Assembly (NCBI GenBank): GCA_033442325.1 | Contig: JAWQFM010000024.1 | Coordinates: 788,584-852,583, forward strand | From: Salpingoeca rosetta | Lineage: Eukaryota; Protista; Choanoflagellata | Length of the DNA: 64,000 nt | Direction of reading: 5' to 3' | Shown here: piece by piece, positions 14,501 to 27,200 of the stretch | How positions within the stretch are numbered: the stretch's first letter is position 1 | Layout of the letters: every line of letters begins with the position of its first letter | Position numbers and translations under genes: made by a program | Notes under the pieces: model-generated | Database searches by the model: none | What the model was told of the DNA's origin: nothing | Seen by the model: the letters and a program-made list of their open reading frames with translations, nothing else

Positions 14501-17500
14501 TCTCCGGATCGGCGTTTGGTGACTCGCACAGCACCGTCCACGTGGCGCTCAGCAAATTGCCAGAGCCGGAGCCCTGTGCCAGCACGTGCCTGTTGTCAAA
14601 GACGAGGTCGCCCGTGGACGGCACAGCAATCACGCCGCGGTTCGCCTGGTCCACGGAGAGGCGAAGGCCAGTCTCCGGGCCAACGACCATGCGCGAGCCG
14701 TCCTGGAAGCGCGCAAACGCGGCCACGCTGCCCACCTCCTGCTCCTGGTCCAGCGCCTGCGAGATGGAGACGACCGAGGCCGACGCCAGGCCCGTGAAGG
14801 GGCTGTACAGCGGCTTGACCGTCATGTCCGTGAACACGATGAGCTCCAGCTCGTCCACCAGCAGGCTGGCAACGGTGCTGCCGCCGAGGCTCGGCACGGG
14901 CACGCTGCCCACGGCCTCCACTGTGGTGTTGCCAATGGTGCGCTCTGGCACAGCCGGGTTGATGACGGCAACGACTGCGCTTCCGAGGCGGAAGCCCCGC
15001 GCCACGTTGCCCTGCATCTGGATGGCGGTGGACTGCGCCGCACCCGTGGCGTCGAGCGCCTGCAGCACGCCGCTCACGTCCTTGGTCACGCGCACGCGCA
15101 CGGCGCCGGCGCCGCTCTCCATGCGGCTGAACATGGCAAAGGCGTGGATGCGGGTGTCCTGGAACTTGTCGCGGCACGTGGACGCGTCCTCGTCAAACCA
15201 CTGCCACCCGGCCACGCGCGCCAGCATCGGGTTGTCCGCCTGCAGCTCAATCGGCAGCTGCGGCGCCCACACCTCACCAAGGCAGTCGCCGTTGGCGGTG
15301 GTGTTGCTCACGGCGTCGCGCACAGACACGGCGATGCTGGCGCCGGTCATGCCAGACGTCTCGTCGCCAGCGAGGACCACGCTTGAGCAGTCACTGCTCA
15401 CGTCCCACACGTGCGGGTGGCGGGAGCTGCAGGACAGGCCTGGCGTTCCCGTGGTGCCGGTGACAAGCTGCATGTCGCCGGCAGCGTCGCTGGTCACGAT
15501 GCGCAGCGGGAACGTCTGCTCCCCGCCGTTGACGATGCAGGTCGTTTCGACAAATATGCAGCACTGGAGAATTCGCAGACAAATCAGGTATACCTGACTG
15601 ATACATCGGTAAGTCGACTGGCCGCCTCATCGGAACCCCCAAGAGTGCTCCTTTTTCTACAAGCTGTTAAGACTCATAATCCTACTGTGTGTATCTGGAT
15701 GTGATAATGGTCTTCCCGAGGTCAATTGTAACTGATCCTCGTTCGGAGTCCCGCCGTGCCAGCAAGTTTTCACCATGTACGTATCGAGCGTACGAAGTGG
15801 GTTCGCGAACCGCCGTCCGACATATCGTAGTAACGGACGCTTTCTAAAACCAACCTATATCCGGAATTCGCCTGATATGTATGACCTAGGCGACGCTACT
15901 GGAAGCAAGTATCACATAGTGTTGCGTTCTGGTTTCGAATCTCACACTCGTTCCTCATCGTGGGAGAGTACACAGCGGAGACTTATACAGAACTCCTTCG
16001 GACACTAACGGACATGGCCTAATTGGCGCGCAGCACCTTGCCCTTGAAGGCGGGGTGCGTGGGCAGCTCCACGAGGATGTTGCGGTTCAGCGTCCAGGGC
16101 TGCTCCTGCACAAGCGACACAGAGGGCAGCAGCGTGAGCGGGGCGCGCTCGTCCTCAAAGCCCGCCTGCACGGTCAGGGTGCGGCCGACACCGGCCACCG
16201 TGAACCATGCCGCGGGCACGGCGACGTTCACCGTGCACACGCCCAGGCGCGAAAACTGGTTGGTGCTGGAGCCCGCGGTGCAGGCCTGCTCCACGGCAAC
16301 CGTGCTTGGGTCTGCGACGCCGAGGTCCGAGGCCAGGCCCGCGTCTGGAGTGATGCGCACCTTGACCGCCGTCAGCAGCGACGGCGGCGAGAAGTGCTCC
16401 GTGCGCACCTGCGCAGACACGCGCACGTACGCGTCGTCATGGTACACCTTGCTGGTGAGCAGCTCCACCCGCACCTGGTCAATGGCGCTCGGCACAGACG
16501 TGAACGCGCGCGAGACGGTGCCGGAGGCGAGGGCGGCCTCAAACGTGCCGCCCAGCCCCGTGTAGGTGGACGTGTAGTCGAGAATGTCAAACGTGTAGAT
16601 GAGGTGGAACGTCACGTCCGCGTCCGTCGCCAGGCCGTTCAAGTCCATGGCCGTGACGCGGAACGTGACCGTCTCGCCCTGCTCGCGCACGATGACCGCG
16701 CTCACGGCAATCTCGCCCGTCTCCTCGTCAATGTAGTACTCGCCGCCGCCGGCGTCTGGCGTCTTGAAGGAGTAGCGGACCACGGAGAAGTTGCCCGTGT
16801 CGCGGTCCGTGGCGTTGAGCTGCAGCACGACCGTGTCCTGCAGCGTGCCAATGCGCACGTTGGCCTCGTAGTGTGCCAGGTTGGACGTGTTGGCGGGGTA
16901 AAACGTGGCGTCGCCCTGCAGCGCCGGCCCAAACATGGGGTGGTTGTCGTTGACATCCTCCACAATGACGGACACGGTGGCGGTGGTGGTGTGGAAGGGG
17001 AACGTCTGGTCCTGCGCCTGCACCGTCAGCACAAACTGCGCCCGCGCCTCGCGGTCGAGCGGCAGCGTGTGCGTGATCTCGCCCGACACGGGGTCAATCT
17101 CAAACGTGACGGGGTCGTCGGTGCGGTCAACAATGCTGTAGCGCACCTCCGCGGAGAGCCCAATGTCATCGTCCGTGGCCTGCACCGTGCCCACGGTCGA
17201 CAGCGCCGGGGAGCTCTCCAGAAGCGAGAACGTGTACGTGGACAGGGTGAACACGGGTGAGAACGAGTTGGTGCACTCGCTCGTGGCAACGTCGTTGTCC
17301 AGGGTGGTGAGTGGGCTGTAGCCCGGCACGTTAACCTCCAGCGTCTGGCTGTCCCGCACGGGAAGGTTGAAGTTGATGGTGTCCGGGTACAGGAGCGGGG
17401 TCACAGACTCGGGCGGCCCGACGATAAACTCGATGCGCGTGGGGTCTGTGCGCAGGTTGGAGTTGAGGGTGACCACCACCACTGAGACACCAATGGAGCC

Positions 17501-18204
17501 CACGTTGTCCGTGGTCATGTCTGTCTGGATGGCGGCCGCATACACACCGGCAGACGGGTTGACGCGCTCCGCGCGGATGAGCCCGCCAAACACGCCGTTC
17601 GACTGGCCCGTGTGGTCGATGCCAGCCACCTTGGTGCCCAGGCACTGCGGGCAGTCGTCCACCGACGAGGCAAACAGGCTGGTCATGGCGGACTGCTTGG
17701 AGGCGAGGTCAAAGAAGACGTACGTCTGCTGCTGGGCGTCGGGCGCGGTGTCACCCACGTCACCCTTCTGCAGCACCGTAGCCTCCAGGTACACGACACA
17801 CCCGGCATCGCTCGTTACGTTGATGGGCTTGACGGTGAGGTCGTTGAGGAAGCGCGACAGCTGCACGGAGGCCTTGGCCAAGTAGAAGGCATCGATGCTG
17901 TCAATGAGGCCGTTGCGGTCCGCATCCATGTTGTTCAGCTGCCGCAACGAGGGCGGCGAGGCAAGGAAGGCCGGGCCATACGTACCCGTGAACCCAACCA
18001 GGTCCTCCACAACGTACTGCAGCGTGTACGCCACATCAACAATGTCAAACACGCAGTCGCCGTTGGCGTCGCCCGTCTCTGCGTCGCTGCCGCACGTGTC
18101 TGCACGGCGGCCACGCGACAGCACGCGCTGGCTCTTCTGCTGCTTGCCTGCCGACGTGTAGCGGACAAACGAGGGTGGCACGTTCACTGTTGCAACAACG
18201 TCTT

Positions 18205-18237
<33 letters not shown>

Positions 18238-21200
18238 GACGGCGGCGCCGGGCCGCGCTCAGCTGCACGTTGACCAGGCCAGCCACAAAGTCGCGGTCGG
18301 GCGTGCCAATCGGCGTTTGCCCAGACACAATGTCCGCCTCCACAAGCTGCTCCACAACGCCGCGAATCTGGGTGAGCCCGGTGCCGATGACGTTGAACTT
18401 GATGGTGGCGACGTGGTAGGCAGCGCCCTGTTGCGTGGCGTCGCTTGGGGAGCCGGACACGACGTACTCGCCTGGCGGGTCGTTGGTCTGCGCCACGAGC
18501 GGGCCGCCGCCCCAGTTGGCGCCCTCCGTCAGGCCGTTGTCCACGGCCTCCAGCTTGGCGTCGTCGTAGAACATGCGCAGCGTGAAGGCACCAAACGGCG
18601 TGTTGGCCACGTTCATGGCCACGCGCACGGTGATGGTGTCGCCCACACTGGCGGGCTTGACGGGGATGCCGCTGCTGTCGCCCAGGTCAATGTCGGCAAA
18701 GGCCGGCTGCAAGTTGCACGCGAAGGACCTCGTCGCAGTGACGGAGGTGCCAACTGCGCTCGCCGTCAGCACCACGTTCTCGTGGTAGTTTCCGCGCAGG
18801 GTGACGGTGCCGCGCGCAGCGTCCACGGTTGCGGGCTGCGTCGTGCTGAGGGAGAAGGAGATGAGGCCCGGCAGCGTCGGGTCGCCGTTGTTGGCAAACA
18901 GCGTCAAGTACTCCGTGCCGTCGCTCAGCACGCACGCAAGCTTGGCCTGCGACGTCTGCTGGTCAATCACGCCCGTGAGCGTGGAGACGAAGGAGAAGCT
19001 CTTCAGCTGCGTCACCTGCACGGGGTTCTGGTCGTCCACGGTGATCTGCAGCGAGGACGCCTCCACGCCGGCAAACGCACCAATCAGGTCCACCGTGCCT
19101 TCGTTCAGGGCCTCCATCAGCTTGATGGTGCCAGAGTCGCCAATGGCCACCACGTTGTTGTTGGGCGTGGTCGTGCCCGCGCTGTACGTGACGTAGCTCG
19201 TCTCCGGGTGGGTGTTCACAGACAGGGTCGTGCCGTCGGAGATGCTCAGGGTCATGGCAAGCACGGCGCTCTGGCGCACGGACGTTGGGCCGATGCGGCT
19301 CAGCGTCGTCTCAGACACGGAGGCTGACCCAGAGTACGTGGGGTAGGGCGAGGAGAACACGCTCACGCCAGCCAGCTTGACAACCTTGACGTTGACGCCG
19401 TTGCCCGGGAGGCTGCGCAGGAGCGTTTCGTTGAGGTTGGTGAAGGTGACAAAGAGGCGGCCCGTGCCCACGTCCCCGTTGGAGTTGGGCACGATGCGCT
19501 GGGCATCGCCGTTGCGCTCCACGGTGAACAGGCCGTTGCTGTCCTCCAAGCGGTACTCGATGCGGTCGTCGAGGGTCATCTCCTTCTTGCGGTTGCCATC
19601 GTACAGCAGGAACACGCGCACGGTGCTGAACGTCTTGATGGAGCTCTCGCGGGCCAGCGGGTCCGCCGACGACACGATCCGGCTCTCCGAGGACGTGATC
19701 TCCACGCCAATCGGGTCAGCCAGCGTGACCTCGAGGTCCACGTTGCGCGTGGCGATGGTCTGTCCGCACGCCTGCCACGCCGCCGTCACGCGCACGCTGT
19801 CAGAGTCCGTGCCGGCCACCACCTGGTCCGGCATGATGGACGCCACCGCAGCGTTGGAGGACGTGAGCATGAGCCCGTTGGCCGAGGACACGGCAACACG
19901 CGTGCCGTCGTCCATGACGGCGGACGCAATCACGTGGCCGATGCGGCCCTCCACGTCAAGCTTGAGCGAGTACTGCGCAAGCGCGGCGGGGGAGCTGGAC
20001 CGGGCGTACGTGGTCGTGGACTGTGGCTCCTCAAGCGTGAGCTCAGAGGCCACCACGACGTTCAGGTCAATCACGCCCACGGGGTCCGTGGTCACGTCGA
20101 CGGCGGTCGTGCCCACGGTGCGGCCATCGCTCGTCACAACAGACACCTGCGCGCTGCCCACGCTCTGGCCCGTGATGGTGGGCGGGGACGCCGTCTTGCT
20201 CAGCGCCACGTTACCGTTGCTCACGGCCAGGCGCGACTTGACGGTCTCCGTCACATCCACCGTCACCACGGCCGAGCCAGAGCCCAGGGAGAAGTCCGCG
20301 TGGGCAGCAATGTCCGCCGACTGGAAGATGGCGGCGCAGGCGTTGGCCTCGTCGCGGTACTCGGAGAACTGGCCCAGGCTGGCATCGCTCGTGGTGAGGG
20401 CAAGCGGCGTGGCCGGGTGCCACACCTTGAAGGGCACGCGCGTGGAGGCGCTGCCAATGGTGACAACCACGTCCGCGCTGGTGGCCCCGCTCGTCTCCGT
20501 GCCGTCCAGGCGCATGGAGCAGCCCGAGGTCTGCAGCACAGCCGCGTTGGCGCTGCTGCAGCTGGCGCTCGCAGACGAGCACGAGTCGCTGCAGGCCGCG
20601 GTGGCCGACGAGCGCGGGCAGGCGTAGCACGCGAGCGTGGTGATGCCAACCGTCTGCGCGCTGCCCGTGAGCCGCGCCGTGTTGACCACCTGGCTCTGAG
20701 CTGCGTAGGCAATCACGCCGCGCACGCCGTTGGCGGCAATGTACACCTGGCCGGTGCGGCCCGTGCCCGAGCGGGAGATGAAGGTGCCGGCAACAGAGCC
20801 CGTCTGGCCGCGCACCTTGACACGCGACACGCGCGTGCTGCCAAGGCCCTCCACCACCATGCTCATGGAGGCAAAGGCGTCCGTGGTAGCGCCAGACTGC
20901 ACAATGTAGTCGATGGTAATGAGCTGCTGGCGACCCACCTCGCCCTGCTGAATCTTGTCCGGCACGGCGTTGGCGGCAATGACCGTGGTCGAGCCAGACT
21001 CGGTGACAATGGAGTTCCACAGCGACGAGTCAATGTTGATGCGCTCCAGGGCAATGTTGCTGTCTGTGGTGAAGGAGAGCGTGAACGTCGTCACGTAGTA
21101 TGTCACGTCCGTGGACACGGTGGCGCGGAAGCGCTGGCCAGGGTACACGGGCCGGCCAGGCAGCTCCTGCACAACGTCGTCCACGTACAGCGAATCCGAC

Positions 21201-24200
21201 ACGCTGATGCGCGGGCGCAGCAGCACCGATGCCAGGTCAGTCATGGTGCTGCCGGCGATGCCATAGCGCACGGTGACGCGGTGGTCCTCGCCCGGAACGA
21301 AGTACGCCGCGGGCAGGTCCGCGGTCGTCAGCGAGCACACGCCCGTGTTGACGTTGGTGGTGCACTGCTTGGAGATGCTCGAGCTCTGGATGTCAAGCAG
21401 CGCCTGGTCCGGCACCAGCTCCACGCGCACGGTGGTGGCGGAGAGGCGGGAGGAGAAGTCCTCATCCCGCACTTGCAAGGCCACGCGGACGGATGCGTCG
21501 TCGTACCACACCTCGTCGTCATCGTTCAGCAGCACCGCCCGCACCGTCGTCGCGTCCTTGCGCGCGTCGCGGAAGTTGCCAGAGGCGCTCAGGGCACCAA
21601 ACTGCGTGGTGACGGTGCCTGTGCTCAGCACGTTGGCGTCCACCAGGAGGCCAAACTGCTGCTGCACGTCGCCATTGGCGTTGCGCGCCGTGTTGCCGAT
21701 GAGGAAGCCGCGCCCAGAGATGGAGAAGGTGGGCAGCAGCTCGTCCACCACCAGCACACGCAGCGTCATGGTGCCCTGCCTGGCCTGCGGCCGGCCTTGG
21801 TCGTCCGCCTCAATGGTGAGGGTGAACGCGGTGGGCAGGTCCGAGGACACGTCGCGGCCCGTGCGCACCTCGCCACTCAGCCGATCGATGGTGAACGTGT
21901 TGCCGACGTTGCCGTCCAGGATGCTGTAGGCGATGCCGCTCGTCTCACCGCACGCCGCATCGCCGTCCGTGGCCATGACCGTGGCCACCAGCACGCCGGC
22001 CTTTGCGCCAGAGGAGATGGACGTGCTCACCTGCGTCTGGTTGAACGCCGGTGCGGCCGTGTTCTCCTCCACCACGCGCACGTTGACAAAGCCCTGCGTC
22101 TGCATCACGGGGATGCCGCCGTCGCGGGCCATGACGCTCAGCTGCACCGCGGCGTCCGTGAAGCCGCACAGCGAGCGGGTGAGCGTGAGCACGCCCGTTG
22201 CCGGGTCCAGGCTGACGTAGCCCGGGTGGCTGGTGGACACCAGCGAGAACCGCAGGAGCGCGTTAGGACCAGAGTCTGCGTCCGTGGCGTTGATCTGAAA
22301 GATCGGCGTTCCCACGGCCGCGGCGCGCCCAAGGGTGGCGACAAACGGCGACTGCCCAAACACGGGCGCGTTGTCGTTGGCGTCAAGCACGTTCACGGTG
22401 ATGGTGCCGCTGCCCGTGCGAGCAGGGACACCGTGGTCGCGCATGCTCACGCCAAAGGAGTACGTGGTTTGCGACTCGTAGTCGACCTGGGTCTTCAGGT
22501 ACAGGCCACCGTCCTTCCGCAGCTCAAAGGGGAAGTTCGCCAGGGCAACGGGGTCGGTCTCCGTGAGGAAGTAGCTGATCACGCTGGCATTACCCGCGTC
22601 AGCATCAACCGCCTGCAGCGTGGTGATGAGCGTGCCGTTGGCTGCGCTCTCACTCAAGGAGGTGGTGGCGGTGCCGCTGGGGAACGCGGGTGTGTTGTCG
22701 TTGACGTCGTCGATGCGAATCGTCACCTCCACGGAGCCAACGTTGGGTGGCATGCCGTTGTCCGTGGCCTGCACCAGCAGCTGGTACGTGGCAAACGTCT
22801 CACGGTCAAGCGCGGACGCAACGGTGATGGCGCCCGTGCTGGCGTTGATGGCAAAGTCGCCGCGCGAGCCGAGCGCAATACTGTACATCACAGTCGTGGC
22901 AACCGTGTCCCGCTCCGTGGCCACCAGCTGCAGCGCCAGGTCGCCCACGCTCGCGTCCTCAGACACGTGCACCTCGTAGCTCGTCTGGTTGAACACGGGC
23001 GCGTTGTCGTTGACGTCGGCAACAAAGATGATGGCGGTGATGTAAGTGGTGTGCACGGGCGTGCCGCTGTCGGAGGCAGACACGTTGAGCGAGAACTGGC
23101 TCCTCGTCTCAAAGTCCAGCGACTTTCGCAGCCACAGCGCGCCCGTGTCCGCGTCCAGCTCGAAGGTGTCGTCAACGTTGCCGGACACGATGGCGTACGT
23201 CACGCGCGAGGCCGGCGAGTTGTCCGCATCCGTTGCCGTGATGTTGAGGATGACGGTGTCGTTGAAGGCGTCGCCTTCCGGCAGGCGGCGGCTGTAGAAA
23301 TCGGGCACGGAGAACACGGGCGAGTGGTCGTTGACATCCAGCACCTCCACAATCACCGTTGTTTCGTCCTGGAAGTCGATGTTGCCGGCATCGTGCACGC
23401 GAACCGTGACGTTGTACGTAATCTGGCCCATCTCGCGGTCGAGCGTGATCAGGGACACCAGGCGACCGTCGGGCTCCACCGTAAAGGAGCCAGGCACCTC
23501 CTCCGACAGGAGCGTGAACACGCTGATGTTGTTCGGGTAACTGTCCAGGTCTGTGGCGGGGAGCAAAATGGTGGTGTTGCCACCGTCCACTTGCTCGGGC
23601 ACGCGGAAACGAAGCGGGTGTGACGGGAAGCGCGGTGGCTCGTCGTTGACGTCCGTCACCCGCACCGTGACGGCCGTGGTGTCGTTGAAGGAGGCCACAA
23701 CCGGGTCGCGGGCCAGGACCACGACGTGGTACGTGGTACGCTGCTCGCGGTCGAGCACGGGCGCGTTGCCAGACGCGTTGGCGTTGAAGGACAGCATGCC
23801 CGTCGCCGCGTCGATGGAGAAGAAGTTTTGCTCGTTGCCGGCGACAATCGAGTACACAATCTGCGCGTTGCTGCCCGTGTCCGCGTCCACCGCCTGCACC
23901 TGCACCAGGTCAACGTCGGCCACCTCATCCTCGGCGACGTGGGCAACAAAGGCCTGCTCAAACACGGGCGGGTTGTCGTTGACGTCGGTGACGGTGATGC
24001 GCACGCTGCCCGAGCGTGTGAGCGGCGGGGTGCCGCCATCGGAGGCCAGAATCTGCAGGTCGCGCGTGGTTGCTGCCTCGTAGTCAAGCATCTTGCTGAG
24101 CGTCAGCTCGCCCGTGGCGCGGTCCAGGGAGAAGGCGGCGTCGTCGTTGCCAGACACAATGCTGTAGCGCACCTGTCCGCCGGCGCCGAGATCCGGATCG

Positions 24201-27200
24201 CGCGCCAACACGGTGAGCAGCGACGAGCCCGCGGCCGTGGACTCAGGGATGGATGCGGTGAACTGCGTCTTGGAGAAGGTGGGCACGTTGTCGTTTATGT
24301 CCAGAATGTCAATGAGGATGTTGATCGTGTCCGTGAGCGGGTTCTCCACAACGTCGTCCGTCACCCTGACGCTGAGCACGTACAGGGCGGCCGTCTCGCG
24401 GTCCACCGACCCGTTGATGCTGATCACGCCCGTGCTGGGGTCAATGGCAAACGCGTCCGCCACGTTGCCGCTGACGATGCTGTAGGTGAGGGCGGCCGTG
24501 TCCCCGCAATCCGCGTCAGTGGCAGCGACCGTGGTCACCACATGGCCGTCTGCCGCGCCTTCGGACACGTTGAGCTGCAGCGTGGCCACGGGGAACTGCG
24601 GCGCGTGGTTGTTGACGTTGAGCACGGTCAGGGTCACGGTCACCGAGGTGGACTGGCCACCGGTGCCAAACGCGCCCTCAGAGGCCACCACCGTCAGCGT
24701 GTACACAGACTGGTCGGCGGCACACAGCGCCTGCGTGCTGGTGATGGCGCCCGTGACGGTGTCGATGGCCCAGCGGCCCAGCGCGTTGCCCGTGGTGATG
24801 GTGTAGCGGACGGGGCGCGCTTGCGTGCGATCGCCGTCCACGGCCTCCACCGTCAGCACGGTCGTGCCCGCGGCAATGGTCTCCTGCACGTCTGCGCTGT
24901 ACGAGGCCTGGGAGAACACGGGCGGGGAGTCGTTGGCGTCGGCGATCACTACCACGAGCGGCGCCGTGCTCACGCGGCGCACGGGCGTCTGCTCGTCCGA
25001 GGCCTGGATGCGAAGCACAAAGCTGCTGCGCTCCTCGCGGTCCAGCGAGCGCAGCAGCCGCACCACACCGGTGCTGTTGTCGATGGTGAAGTGCGGGTCC
25101 GTGGCGTTGTCGCCGCTGATGATGGAAAAGGCGATGGCCTCCGTGTCGCCGCAGTCCTCGTCCGTGGCGCTCACCTGCGCCACAAACTCGCCGGGGCCGG
25201 CAAGCTCCGAGACGACAATCGGGTAGGAATCCACGCTCAGCACGGGGTCGTGCAGATTCTCGTTGGACACGTTGATGGTCACCGTGGCCGTGGCCGTGTC
25301 GACAGAGTCTGTCGCCTGCACCGTGAGCACATGCTGGGGGTTCCGCTGCGCGCACAGCGGCGCCTGGTTCACCAGCTCGCCGCTCACGGGGTCCAGGCGG
25401 AACGTGTCGTCGACGTTGCCGGCGATGATGCTGTAGCTCACGGTATCGGTGCCCTCGGGGTCGGTCGCCGTCAGGCGCACGATGGGCGAGTCAATGACAT
25501 TGGCCTCCCCCAGCGTCACCATGTACGAGCTCGGGTTGAACACGGGCGGCTCGTCGGGAACGTTGCCCACCTTGATCACCAGCGTCAGGCGGCCCACGCG
25601 AGAGGGCACGCCGTCGTCGCGCGCGTCAATGGCCACCGTGTACTGCGTGCGCGTCTCGTAGTCCAGGGCGCGCAGCAGCGTGACAATGCCCGTGCTCGCG
25701 TCAATGCCAAACTCCTGGTTGGCAGACAGGTCAGAGTCGAGCGTGTTGATCGAGTACCGCAGGCCAAGCGCGTCGCCGCAGTCGGCGTCCGTCGCCGTCG
25801 CCTGCAGCACAAACGTGCCCATGGCCGTGTTCTCGGGCACTGTCACGGTGAGCGTGGCGGGCGAGAACGTTGGCGCGTTGTCGTTGACGTTGGAGATGGT
25901 CACGTCCAGGACAGCGTAGCCAACCAGGCCATCAAAGCGCGAGTCGCGAATCTCCAGCACCAGCGAGTACGCCGGCGCCGTGCGCGCGCACTGCGCCACC
26001 AGCAGCGTCACCGCGCCCGTGCTCGCGCCCAGGTCAAACACGTTGGCGTCGTTGCCAGAGGCAATCGTGTACGTGTACGTGGTCCCGGCGGTCGCCGATG
26101 CCACCGTCGTGAGCACGCTGCCTGTGGCGGTTGTCTCCGGCACGCTCACCGTGTATTTGTTCTGGGAGAACTGGGGCGTGTTTGGCGCGGGCGCCTGCTT
26201 GGTGATCTGCACCTCAACGAGCGTGGAGCGGCCGCCGGCGTCCGTGGCCACGGCGTCCAGCACGTACGGCGTGTCCTGCGTCAGCGGTGCGACCACGGTG
26301 ATCACGCCCGTCGTTGGGTGGATGGTGAAGGCAAACTGCGTGTTGCGGTTCAGCGTGTACGTGATGCTGTCGTCGCAGTCGGCGTCCGTGGCCCTGACGC
26401 GGCCGGCGTACGCGTTGAGGGAGCTGTCTGCGGTGAAGCTGTAGCTGGCCTGCTCAAACACCGGCGACGCCGCATTGGACGCGGAGAAGCTCAGCTGGAC
26501 AACCGTGCCCGCGCTGCGTGCCTCCGGCTGGCCGTCGTCCGTCGCCGTCACCACCAGTGTGTACGAGCTCTGCGTGCGCGAGCACACGGGAGCGGCCAGC
26601 GTCAGGCTGCCCGTCACAGCGTCAATGGCAAACACGTTGCCCGTGTTGCCGGAGGTGATGGCATAGGCAATGTTGTCGCCGTCCGCGTCGGTCGCCCCGA
26701 CCAGCACGAGCTCCGTGCCAGTCGACACAGAGTCGGCAAACGTGCCGCTGTACGTGGCAGCAAACACGGGCGCGTACTGGTTCACGTTGAGGACGGTGAC
26801 GAGCACGGTGGCGGTGGAGGTGCGCGGGGACGAGGCAAAGTCATCCGTGGCGGCTACGGTGAGCGTGTGTTGCGCAGCGCCACCGCTGCTCACGTCTGCG
26901 TTGAGCGGCTGCACAACAGCGAGCTCGCCCGTCTCGCGGTTGATGGCAAACAGGCCGTTGCTGTTGCCGCCGGTGATGCGGTATGTGACCGCGTCCCGGC
27001 AGTCGGCGTCGGTTGCCTGCAGCTGCAGCAGCACGCTGCCCACGCTGCCCGTCTCCGAGACGTTGACGCTGTACTGGGCCTGGGAGAAGGCGGGCGCGGC
27101 CGTGTTGGCCGGCACCACGCTCACGTCCACCAGCGTGTACGACTGCAGGTCGGGCCGCGTCTTCGACTGCGCCTGCACCTGCAAGCTGTACGCGTCCTCC

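Noticed and set aside
15775-16008. 77-aa ORF within the alien segment as a real gene
   Set aside because: No recognisable motif and no host codon bias. The length is attainable by chance, so it is kept only as part of the alien-segment finding.
15546-16022. Alien segment as an intron, MITE, CRISPR array, ribozyme or polylinker
   Set aside because: No GT/GC-AG ends and no TIR or TSD. The only repeats seen are 8-mers (taacggac, cctcatcg) expected by chance, there is no hammerhead core, and the ~11 six-base palindromes are near the random expectation of ~7.
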